A stretch of DNA of 62,165 nt, the filler included, from Dimorphilus gyrociliatus (lineage: Eukaryota; Animalia; Annelida): the NCBI GenBank assembly GCA_904063045.1. It is 4 parts of 4 records of this genome, joined end to end, with 100 filler letters (N's around TTAATTAATTAA, not from the genome) between each part and the next. Parts side by side here need not be neighbours in the genome. Positions count along the whole stretch, not along the records: positions 27,439 to 40,321 come from CAJFCJ010000251.1; positions 40,422 to 49,925 come from CAJFCJ010000288.1; 2 more parts are not named here. The stretch is one strand, 5' to 3'. A program made the translations under genes and the position numbers. The notes below the pieces were generated by a model, which was given only the letters and a program-made list of their open reading frames with translations, searched no databases and was not told the DNA's origin. This document shows, one piece after another, positions 40,075 to 50,025 of the stretch (position 1 is the stretch's first letter; each line of letters begins with the position of its first letter).

Positions 40075-40287
40075 GGATATGACAGAAAACGTCCACAAAT
40101 GAGTGCTTTTACCCTAACCCTAACCCAAACCCAGCCCTTAGCTGTACCTAACCTTTTCCATTACCCCTAACCCTTAGAGGAGACCCTCCTAAGTACAAAT
40201 CAGTTGCTGTCTTCTTCTGCCTAACCATTTCTTAATCCGAATTTTTGTCTTGAAATTTCTCATTTGTGGACGTTTTCTGTCAACCCC
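40075..40287 (-). mobile_element. MITE (Mutator-type), copy 2
   Basis: Perfect TIR core GACAGAAAACGTCCACAAATGAG. Perfect 9-bp TSD TGTTTAAAC. Internal CCCTAACCCTAACCC. Confidence 0.9.
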
Positions 40288-40321
40288 TGTTTAAACATAT
40301 TCTGCTACAGGATTTTTGTAT

Positions 40322-40421
40322 NNNNNNNNNNNNNNNNNNNNNNNNNNNNNNNNNNNNNNNNNNNNTTAATTAATTAANNNNNNNNNNNNNNNNNNNNNNN
40401 NNNNNNNNNNNNNNNNNNNNN
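40322..40421. other. Artificial contig linker
   Basis: 44 N + TTAATTAATTAA + 44 N. Confidence 0.98.
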
Positions 40422-41147
40422 AAAAAACCAGATGGACAATTTGTATTAAATTCTAACTTTTATGAATTTCTAAAAGATCAGAATGTAGATAAAATTAATG
40501 GAATAGGCGAATTTACTAAAATGATGTTATTTAAAACTTTAAAAGTAATAAAAGTAAAGGATCTAAGAAATAAACTTCATCTACTGCCTTTTATTTTTAA
40601 AGAAAAAACTTTCGATATTTTGTTTCGATATTCATACGGACTTTCTATTTTTGATGGTAAGTTTCTAGAAAAGTGTTTAAGTAGAAATAGTGTATCAGTT
40701 GGTGCAGAAAGAACTTTTATTGCAACTTCTGATTTAGTATATTTTTATAATATAATTTGGAGCTTGTCTAAAGAGATTTCAAAAAGACTTGAAGAGTACT
40801 CAGCAATGGTTTGTAGAATAAAATTAAAATATAGTGATTTTACAGCAAAAACACACCAAAAGAGACTTAAAAGACCTATAAACGAAGTTAAGGATATTTT
40901 TAATAATTCAGTTTCTTTAATTGAAGAGTTTTATGAAGAGAATGAAAGAATTAGATTGATTGGAATTAGTTTAACAGAATTAATAAAAATAAATAAAATA
41001 CAAAAAAAACCTTGTAAAATTACATTAAAGGCTAAAATTTGTACTTTTTGTAATAAAAAATTATTAACCAATGAATTTAGTTATAAAACACATTTGTCAT
41101 TCTGTAATGTAAAAAAGAAAGAAAAAAAGGAATTTTTAAATATTTAA
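40422..41147 (+). CDS. POLK: Y-family DNA polymerase kappa/DinB, C-terminal part (5' truncated by the gap)
   Basis: Frame is open from the contig start: KKPDGQFVL..VDKINGIGEFT. Little-finger domain SVGAERTF..IKLKYSDFT..RLIGISL. C-terminal C2HC zinc finger CTFC..HLSFC. Confidence 0.85.
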   Translation, partial: KKPDGQFVLNSNFYEFLKDQNVDKINGIGEFTKMMLFKTLKVIKVKDLRNKLHLLPFIFKEKTFDILFRYSYGLSIFDGKFLEKCLSRNSVSVGAERTFIATSDLVYFYNIIWSLSKEISKRLEEYSAMVCRIKLKYSDFTAKTHQKRLKRPINEVKDIFNNSVSLIEEFYEENERIRLIGISLTELIKINKIQKKPCKITLKAKICTFCNKKLLTNEFSYKTHLSFCNVKKKEKKEFLNI

Positions 41148-41195
41148 TAATAAAAAAATAATTAAATAAATTATAAATAGAATATTTTTAAAAGA

Positions 41196-42883
41196 TGTTG
41201 CATGTAATTGTGACCCCCCATGTAATTTTGCCCCCATATAATATGGGTCGGGATCGATATAACTTTTTGAAATAACTCAAATTAAACTTGTTTGAATTTT
41301 AAATTCGTTCTAAATTAGGAAAGGGTCTGGTATTTAATTGTGACCCCCTACCTAATTACCATGAAATGATTTCTATATATGGATTTTAATCATATGGGAG
41401 GGTTGTAAAATAATTTTTTAAAATAATTAAATATGTATAAAAACCTTTTTTTTTCTAATAAAGTATGGGTAGTTTGATAAAGATAGTATCATTAGAGGAA
41501 AAAACTTTGATAGTTAAATATCTCATACATAAAGTATACAAAGAAGGTCTCAGTAAGGAACAAAAGAAGAGCTTTAGAAGGAGAATCAAAGACTTAGGTC
41601 TAAAAAATGGTGAGCTCGTTATAAGGAAAGATGATATGGAAAAACTGGTAATATGTGATTATGAACTGGTTTTGAAACAAAAAATAATTAAAAAATACCA
41701 TGAGCCAGATCATTTGGGCATAAACAAGGTTTTTATGTTGATAAATGAGAAATATTATGGAATAAAACAACTTGACGTCAAAAGTTTTGTATCTAAGTGT
41801 GAATTTTGTCAAAAAATTAAACCACCTGTTATAACAAAAAAAATTGCTGCAATCATACCTACTGCTGCTAATGAAAGACTAATGGTAGACCTTATTGATT
41901 TTTCGAACTTTTCTAATATAAATAGCGGGATGAAGTACTGCTATACAATGATTGATTCATTTTCTAAATTTGGATTTGTGTATCCAGTTGCTTCAAAGCA
42001 TGGCTGTATATTTGCCGACATACTTGAAAAACTATTTCAAAGCGAAGGACCATGGAAAAGTATTCACACCGATAATGGACGAGAATTTGTGAATAAATGG
42101 GTCAAAGATGTTTTAGAAAAATATACAGTAAAGCATATAAGAGGAAGGCCCTATCATCCGCAGAGCCAAGGACAAGTGGAGCGTTTTAACAGAACCTTAA
42201 AAGATAAGTTGATAAGGGTAAATGAAGGGAATACTTTCCAATGGACTAAACACTTAAAAGAAATAATTTATAGATATAATAACACACCACACCGGGCAAA
42301 AAGAACAAAGCCATTTATTTTATTTAGAGGAAAGAACCCGAGTATATTGTACCAAATCACTAACATGAACAATAACGCAATAATAGTTAGGGAGAGGATC
42401 AGTCATATGCAGCTAGTTATAGGAGAGAACAAGAAACCAACCACTCTGCTAATATAATTATTGGAGATAAAGTTTTATTACTAAAAGACTACAGACCTAG
42501 TAGGCTAAACAGCAGTACTATAATTGAAAACTCTCTATATGAAACAGAAACTTATAAGGTACATCAAATTAATAATGACAATACTTTAATATTATGTGAT
42601 AGTAATGGAAGGATGAAAATAGTAGCAAAAACCAAAATTAAAAAATTTATTAATTATTTTAAAAATTATTTTACAACCCTCCCATACTGATTAAAATCCA
42701 TATATAGAAATCATTTCATGGTAATTAGGTAGGGGGTCACAATTAAATACCAGACCCTTTCCTAATTTAGAACGAATTTAAAATTCAAACAAGTTTAATT
42801 TGAGTTATTTCAAAAAGTTATATCGATCCCGACCCATATTATATGGGGGCAAAATTACATGGGGGTCACAATTACATACAACA
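41196..42883 (+). mobile_element. Integrase-encoding TIR DNA transposon (Ginger/KRBA2-like), 1688 bp, with a 15-bp TSD
   Basis: TGT...ACA ends. ~235-bp near-perfect TIRs (41196-41430, 42650-42883). AATATTTTTAAAAGA duplicated at 41181-41195 and 42884-42898. Confidence 0.93.
41465..42690 (+). CDS. Gypsy-like integrase/transposase (HHCC, rve DDE core, C-terminal IGDKVLL module); one frameshift near 42400
   Basis: YHEPDHLGI..CEFCQ; RLMVDLIDF; IDSFSKFG; IHTDNGREF; HPQSQGQVERFNRTLK. The alternative frame continues NIIIGDKVLLLKD to a stop at 42690. Confidence 0.9.
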
Positions 42884-42906
42884 AATATTTTTAAAAGATA
42901 TACTTA

Positions 42907-44380
42907 CAGTGAGGGACAAAAAAAATGGGACACCCTAAAAAATGAGTTTAAAAAAGGTATAGCTAAAATGTAAAATAGTGATGTGGTCTTGTATTAATTA
43001 AATAAAAAATTTTTATAATTCATTATTTTTAAGGTCATATTTTTGTTGGGATTTGATGGATTTTTTAAAAAACAGGGACAAAAAAAATGGGACACTTACT
43101 AAAAAGTTACAAAATGAGCTAAAAATTTTTATAAAATACCTTAAAACTTATCCCCTATGGCAAAACATATTAGTAAAATAGAGATTGGTGAGGTTTTAGG
43201 ATTAAGAAAAGCAAAGTATTCCATCAGAAAAATCTCGGAGATAATGCAAATAAGTAAATCTACTATTGGAAGAATTGTAAAAAAAATCAAGGATAATGGA
43301 GATATATTTAGAAAAAAAGGTTCTGGTAGACGTCTATCGCTTGATAGTGACCAAATAGATGTTTTACAAAAAATATCAGAAGAAAATCCGAGACTAGTAG
43401 GAAATCAACTAGCAAGAAAGCTTGAGGAAAAAGCTAATATTCAAGTATCAAAAAAAACAGTTATACGATGTTTAAAGAGTAGAGGAATACATGCTAGAAT
43501 AGCACGGAGAAAGTCTTTCTTATCTCGTCTACATAGACTGCAAAGACTAAATTTTTCGAAAAAGATTTTATTCAATAGTGATGATTTTTTTAGAAAAATA
43601 ATTTATAGTGATGAAAGCAAATTTTGCTTATCCAATAGCAACAAAAGAGTTATAGTGTACAGAAAAATAAATTCTGAGTACCATGATGCAAATACAGTAA
43701 AGATTGTAAAATTTGGTGGAGGAGGTGTAATGGTGTGGGGCTATATTAGCTATGAAGGTGTAGGTGAGTTAACTTTCATTGAAGGAACAATGAACTCCAT
43801 GAAGTATATTAGTCTATTATCAAATATTTTTGAATTAGAAAGAACCAAACGCCTGATAAAAGACCATATCTTTCAACAAGATAACGCTCCATGTCATAAA
43901 TCAAAGTTAACAATGGAGTTTTTCACCGAAAAGAACATTAAATTATTAGAATGGCCAGCCCAGAGTCCGGATTTGAACCCAATAGAACACGTATGGGGGG
44001 GTTATAGAATCTAAGCTAGAAAAAATACACATAAAATCAATCAATCAATTAAAGGAGGAAATAACCCGAATATGGAATAATATACCATTAGCATATATAA
44101 GAAAGCTTATAGATAGTATGCCAAGAAGAGCAGAAGCTGTATTTAACATGAAAGGAGGTCATACTAAGTATTAAATTGGATTTTTTAGTAAGTGTCCCAT
44201 TTTTTTTGTCCCTGTTTTTTAAAAAATTCATCAAATCCCAACAAAAATATGACCTTAAAAATAATGAATTATAAAAATTTTTTATTTAATTAATACAAGA
44301 CCACATCACTATTTTACATTTTAGCTATACCTTTTTTAAACTCATTTTTTAGGGTGTCCCATTTTTTTTGTCCCTCACTG
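42907..44380 (+). mobile_element. Tc1 (DD34E) transposon of IR/DR type, full length
   Basis: TA|CAGTGAGGGAC...GTCCCTCACTG|TA. ~200-bp TIRs, each with two copies of GGGACAAAAAAAATGGGACAC. Confidence 0.96.
43157..44174 (+). CDS. Tc1 transposase with a single +1 G-run frameshift at 43995-44001
   Basis: SDESKF, VMVWG, FQQDNAPCH, SPDLNPIEHVW (34 aa D-E spacing). Removing one G restores VIESKL...MPRRAEAVFNMKGGHTKY*. Confidence 0.93.
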
Positions 44381-44394
44381 TATATAATGTTTAA

Positions 44395-44600
44395 TAATAA
44401 AAAAATATAAAATATATAGAATTGTATATTAAAAAAATTAAAAAAATTAAAAAATGAAAAAATTAAAAAAATTAAAAAATTAAAAAAATGAAAAACTGAA
44501 AAAATAAAAACTGAAAAAATAAAAAATAAAAAATGAAAAACTGAAAAACTGAAAAAATGAAAAAATTAAAATATCTAATTATAAAAAATTAAATTTTTAT
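44395..44600. repeat. A-rich low-complexity repeat (AAAAAATT/AAAAACTG units)
   Basis: Seen directly between the Tc1 and NOP56/58. Confidence 0.8.
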
Positions 44601-44663
44601 TTATTATTATGAAATTTAATGTTTTAAAAATTCTACATAAATATTTTAAAAGAAACCCCTCAT

Positions 44664-45865
44664 ATGCATGTTTTAATTGAAAATGTTAATGGAATTTATA
44701 TCTATGATAAATCAAATAGTATAGAACTTTTAGATAAGTATATCTTTCAAAACAATGAAGATGCCTTTAAATACTTCATTGAACATAAAAAAGAACAACT
44801 TAAAAATATTTTATTAAAAAATAAAATTACTGAAGTAATTTGTGAAGAAAATTTAGAAATAGAAGATTTTAAGTTTAATAAAGATCAAGAGATAAGTAGA
44901 GAAGTAAGAGAATACCACTTTAATGAAAAATCTACAAATACACAAGATTCTAATTTAGAATCAAAAATAATAACCTAAGAAGAATTTGGCTAGCTCATAA
45001 ATTAGCTTCTTCTAAGTTTGATAGTGAAATACTAAAGAATGATAGAATTGTTATTCAGACTATTAAATTATTAGAAGATCTTGATAAAGACATAAATTCT
45101 CATTCTATGAAACTTAAAGAGTGGTATTCCTTACATTTTCCTGAACTAGAAATAATAATTACTGATACTGAAAAATATTTAAAAATTATAAAAATTATAA
45201 AAACGAGAAATAATATCAAACCTGAGGAATTAAAAAATGAAATTAGTGAAGATTTGATAGAAGAAATAGAAAAACAGAGTAAAAACAGTATAGGTGGAGA
45301 AATAAATGAAGAAGATTTAGAATCTATTCTTTTAGACGTTGATTGTGTTTTAAAAATGTTCTCTTCAAGAAATAATTTACAAGAATATTTAAAAAATAAG
45401 ATGATAGAAGTTTCACCTAATGTAACTATTTTAGCAGGAGAAACCATTGGAGCTAAATTAATAGCAAAGGCAGGTTCTTTATCAGATCTATCAAAACTAG
45501 CAGGATCTTCTATCCAAATTATGGGAGCAGAAAAGGCTTTGTTTTTTGCTCTAAAGTCAAAAACAGATACACCAAAATATGGTTATATTTTTAGTTGTCC
45601 ACTTATCTCTAAAACACCTACCAATTTGAAAGGAAAGTTTAGTAGAATGTTAGCATCCAAGATAGCACTAGCAGCAAGAATAGATAATTATGAGAACAGT
45701 AGTAATAGAACAGATATTTTTGGTAAAACATCTATTGAAAAATTAGAAAATAAATTGGTTGTCTTCCAAGAAAAAGTTAATAAGAAAAAAAGAGTTAAAA
45801 ATAAATTTTATTATTTAAAATACAAGTTTTTTATTTCAAAAAAATTTAAAATCATTTGTTTTTAA
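44664..45865 (+). CDS. Box C/D snoRNP protein NOP56/NOP58 family (apparent 1-nt frameshift at ~44965)
   Basis: LAHK..DRIVIQTIKLLEDLDKDIN..MKLKEWYSLHFPEL; LIAKAGSL..IQIMGAEKALF..TPKYGYIF; KIALAARID. CCCCT precedes the ATG. I cannot tell NOP56 from NOP58. Confidence 0.92.
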
Positions 45866-45970
45866 AAAAATTAAAAAAATTAAAATTATCTGTTTTTTAA
45901 AAAAAATTAAAATCATATCTAATTTTAAAAAAAATAATTTTTAGAACTAATTTAAATAATAAAACCCCCT

Positions 45971-47206
45971 ATGGATGATGATAAATGTAGTATATGTTAT
46001 TTTACTTATACTAATGTAGGTAGCCACAGAATAGCATCTTTAAAATGTGGTCATATTTTTGGAGAGAGTTGTATAAATAAATGGTTTGGAAAGAAAAAAA
46101 CAGCTGCCTGTCCAACCTGTGCTATTTCTTGTAGAAAAACACAGATTAGAGTTATTTTTGCTAATAAATTAGTTTGTAGAGAATCTGATAAAGAAAAAAA
46201 TACTTTAGAACAACTTTACGAGGAGAGAGAAAATTGTAAAAAATTACAAAATAAAGTAAATGAATTACAAAATATAATTAGTATTCTTAGTCAACAAAAT
46301 GATAAAAAAAATAAAGAAAACCAACTATTAAAGTGGATTGATAATGTAGAAATTAGTCAGAATAATATTTCCATTACTAGAAATTTTATTTACAGAAATA
46401 CTAAAAATTCAATTATATCATTTTGTCCAATCAATGAAGATATTTATATTATTTCACAAGTAAATGATAAATTTAAAGTAGTTTTATTGGATTATTTAGA
46501 TCCAAACAATAATTTAAAAATATATGAAAATTCAGGAAAACAGAAAGATTTTAAATTAAGTAATTTTTATGACGGAGCCTTTTTATTAGTATTTGAGAAT
46601 AAAGGTAGAATGTTAAATAAAGATGGTCGTACCTTATTTTCTATAGAAAGTGAGAATAATTTTTTATCCTGTTGTTTTCATTCAGTAAATAGAGAATTGA
46701 TATTCTTTGGTGATAACAAAGGCTTTGTATATTATTGTAATGTAAGAACAAATACGCACGAAAAAATAAACATTTGTCAATTTCCTATTCATTCTATAGA
46801 GTTTACTGAAAAAGGAATATTCTGTGGTACAATTTCAGGTCTATTCTTTTACGATGAAAAAGTAGTTCAACTTTCAAAGAATGTAACAATAAACATTCAT
46901 AAGTATAATAACAATATATTAGAAACATATAGAGAAAACGGTAATATAAAATATTCTATTTATGAAAATAATAAAAAATTAATTTGTTCAGATTCTGAAA
47001 TAACACATTACAAAAGAATTAGAGATAAAATAACAAAGAATTATATTTTTTGTTGTTTTTCAAATAATTTATTAATTTTTGATTATAAAATTAATGTTAT
47101 AGTTAAAAGAATAAGATTTGAAAATGAAATTATTGATTTTTGTTTTACAAGTGATGGATTATTAGTTTTAACAAATGATAAATTTAATTATATTAAAATT
47201 CAATAA
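45971..47206 (+). CDS. RFWD3: RING finger + WD40 E3 ligase, RFWD3-like
   Basis: CSICYFTYTNVGSHRIASLKCGHIFGESCINKW..CPTC matches the RFWD3 RING, followed by a coiled coil and WD-like repeats. CCCCCT-ATG start. Confidence 0.8.
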   Translation: MDDDKCSICYFTYTNVGSHRIASLKCGHIFGESCINKWFGKKKTAACPTCAISCRKTQIRVIFANKLVCRESDKEKNTLEQLYEERENCKKLQNKVNELQNIISILSQQNDKKNKENQLLKWIDNVEISQNNISITRNFIYRNTKNSIISFCPINEDIYIISQVNDKFKVVLLDYLDPNNNLKIYENSGKQKDFKLSNFYDGAFLLVFENKGRMLNKDGRTLFSIESENNFLSCCFHSVNRELIFFGDNKGFVYYCNVRTNTHEKINICQFPIHSIEFTEKGIFCGTISGLFFYDEKVVQLSKNVTINIHKYNNNILETYRENGNIKYSIYENNKKLICSDSEITHYKRIRDKITKNYIFCCFSNNLLIFDYKINVIVKRIRFENEIIDFCFTSDGLLVLTNDKFNYIKIQ

Positions 47207-47293
47207 AAAAATTATAAATAACTTAATATTTAAAAAATAGTTTAAAATAAAAAAATCACATAAAAAATAATAATTTAAAATTTTATAAAAAAA

Positions 47294-47375
47294 CGTCAGC
47301 AGCAGGATTTGAACCTGCGCGGGCAAAGCCCATTAGATTTCAAGTCTAACGCCTTAACCACTCGGCCATACTGAC
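47294..47375 (-). tRNA. trnS-TGA: tRNA-Ser(TGA)
   Basis: Minus strand GTCAGTATGGCCGAGTGGTTAAGGCGTTAGAC-TTGAAA-TCTAATGGGCTTTGCCCGCGCAGGTTCAAATCCTGCTGCTGAC; long variable arm and canonical T-loop. Confidence 0.96.
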
Positions 47376-47453
47376 AATAACCTTTATTTTTTAAATATAA
47401 ATTATATTCTGACAAAAACTTAAACATTAGAATTAAAAAAACCGACCCTAAAA

Positions 47454-47603
47454 ATGTATTCAAGTTTAACTGAACTTTTAGAAAAAAAAATAAAACTTAA
47501 ACATAAATTAAAATTATTATATTCTAGTATAGATAAATTAGAAAAAGAACAAAAAATTATATGTGAAATAATTAGAAATAATGATAAAGAGAATCAATTT
47601 TAG
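47454..47603 (+). CDS. Candidate 49-aa small ORF (coiled-coil-like)
   Basis: MYSSLTELLEKKIKLKHKLKLLYSSIDKLEKEQKIICEIIRNNDKENQF*; preceded by CCCTAAAAATG like neighbouring genes. Confidence 0.45.
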   Translation: MYSSLTELLEKKIKLKHKLKLLYSSIDKLEKEQKIICEIIRNNDKENQF

Positions 47604-47611
47604 AAAAATAA

Positions 47612-47912
47612 ACTATTCAACAATATTTTTAAATATACAAACTTTAATTAATTATTCAACAATATTTTTAAATATAAAAATTTTAATTAATTATTCAACA
47701 ATAGTTTTTAAATATAAAAATTTTAATTAATTATTCAACAATAGTTTTTGACTATAAAAATTTTAATTAATTATTCAACAATAGTTTTTGACTATACAAA
47801 CTTTAATTAATTATTCAACAATATTTTTAAGTATAAAAATTTTAATTAATTATTCAACAATGTTTTTAAGTATACAAATTTTAGTAAATTATTCAATAGT
47901 AATTTTTAAGTA
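47612..47912. repeat. 39-40-bp tandem repeat, ~7.5 copies
   Basis: Unit TTATTCAACAATAGTTTTTAAATATAAAAATTTTAATTAA at ~47652, 47691, 47731, 47771, 47811 and 47850. Confidence 0.92.
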
Positions 47913-48052
47913 TTTATTTTAAAAAAAATCTTTTCTTTTAACACGATAATAAATTATATAGAATTTAATAAATGTTATAAATATCTCATTTATATAAATT
48001 ATATAAATCTATTATTTTAATTTTTTAACTTTTTTAATTATTTTAACCCTTA

Positions 48053-49925
48053 ATGAAAATTGAAAACTTAAATTGTAATGTTAGTGAAAACTATGAAGAT
48101 TACAAAGAAGCAGTTAATAATCCATCAAACAACCCAGAATTACTAATAAAAAAAATTATAAAATATTCTGATGATAGAGTTTCTGTTCTTCCTTTAATTT
48201 CTAAAGTAACAAAAAACCTAACTTTACAAAATTTTAATTCTTTGAATTCAATTTTAGATTTTTTATATAAAAAAATATTTTTTAGTTCTTCTGAAAATAA
48301 CGTTTTAGAAACTAAATTAAAAGAATTAAGTATACAAGACAGAGAAGAAATACTTACAATTTTATTTGATATTCTTTATTTTATAAAAAATAATTCAAAT
48401 TCTTTAAAAGATAAAATTTTATTTATTTTAAAATATTTTAATAGCATTGATGATTATGTAATAGAATTTTTAAATAAAGATGGTTCTAAAGAAAATATAA
48501 AATCATTGTTAGAACATAATAATACATTTTTAGAATCACTTTTAAATCAGTTGGAAAGTAAAAATATTGTAAATTTTTTAATTGAAATTTCTGTTCAAAA
48601 TTCTGAATTTTTTTTAAAAAATAAAATAAAATTTGAAAATTATTTATGCAATCAAAATTACTTTACTAGAATTTCATATCTTCAAATATTTAATAATATT
48701 TTAATATCTAATAAGACTACAGAATCTAAAGAATATATTAAACTATTAGAAGAACATACTGAAATTATGAGAGAGAGACTTCTTGATTCTCACTTTTCTG
48801 TCAGATCTAAATCAATTTCTCTTTTTACTGAATTATTTGATGAAAATGTAATTCTTTTAAAAAATAGACAAGAAATAATAAATGATGTTATTAAAAGACT
48901 TAAAGACAAGTCAGTAATTGTCAGAAAAAAAGCACTTTCTTTTTTAAAATCTACAATTACTAACAATCCATTTACTTTTAACAGAAAATTATCAATTTAT
49001 TGTGAAAAATATCAACAATTTCTCAAAAAGAAAGAGTCTTTAGATGAAATGGGAAAAAAAATTGATGACAGGGAAATTTATTCTAAACATCTCAATCTTT
49101 ATATAGATTCTATATTTAAATCATTAGAGTTATTGAATTCTGTATTGTATTTTTATAAAACTGATATTTTTGATGTAATTGAATATATATTTATGATTAT
49201 AGTTTGTATGTTAATTGATGATAAAAATAATTTAGAATATAATAAAAAAGTATTTAACTTCCTTAATTGTATAATTGAAAATAACAACAAAGAAGTAATA
49301 ATGAAACCATTAAGAGAAATTTTTCAAAATGTTCAAATTACAGAAAATGAATATATTTTTATACTTTCAAATATTTCATCTAAGATAATGATTGATATAC
49401 AATATATAATTCCAAAGAATATAATTAATAAAGTAATAGCTGATATTTACGAATCTAAAAATATACTCAGTTGTTCAAGAATTATAAAATACTTCAATCT
49501 TAGAGATTTTATATCTTTTAGTTATTTAGACGTTCTAAAGAAAGTCTCTATGATTTTATTTCAAAGTAAAAATGAAGAAGAATTAAAAAATAATTTAATA
49601 GTTTATAAAAATATACTTTCTTATAGAAAAACTAATTTAAGTGATGAAGTTGTAGATTTAATTAACAAAAATTGTGTTAAGATTAATTTTCTAGATTTGG
49701 AAGTAATTGATTTAAGTATTAAAATGTTTTATAAGAGCAAAGAACCAGAAAAACACTGTTCTAAATTTTTAAATTTTCTAAGTCATGTTTCCAAGAATAG
49801 AAATTCTAGTCAAGAAAAATCAAATGATAAAAAAATTTACACTTTTAATAAAATAAAACTCATTCATGCAATTGGAGCAATTGCTTCAAACCATTCTTCA
49901 CTTTTAGATAAACTAGAAAAGAAAG
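48053..49925 (+). CDS. NCAPD2: Condensin complex subunit 1 (Cnd1/YCS4/NCAPD2), 3' truncated by the gap
   Basis: HEAT-repeat signature RERLLDSHFSVRSKSISLF...RLKDKSVIVRKKAL...NPF; CCCT upstream of the ATG. Confidence 0.82.
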
Positions 49926-50025
49926 NNNNNNNNNNNNNNNNNNNNNNNNNNNNNNNNNNNNNNNNNNNNTTAATTAATTAANNNNNNNNNNNNNNNNNNN
50001 NNNNNNNNNNNNNNNNNNNNNNNNN
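49926..50025. other. Artificial contig linker
   Basis: 44 N + TTAATTAATTAA + 44 N. Confidence 0.98.

Noticed and set aside
44955-44980. Frameshift in NOP56/58 (and similar ones in Tc1, integrase, TRIM and pol) as programmed frameshifting or pseudogenisation
   Set aside because: The NOP and Tc1 shifts fall in homopolymer runs and NOP56/58 is essential. Sequencing or assembly indel error is the simpler explanation until raw reads are checked.
27339-50025. Three identical N44-TTAATTAATTAA-N44 blocks
   Set aside because: Artificial contig spacers with stops in all frames. Adjacency across them has no biological meaning, so the microsporidian-like segment is not evidence of integration into the host genome.
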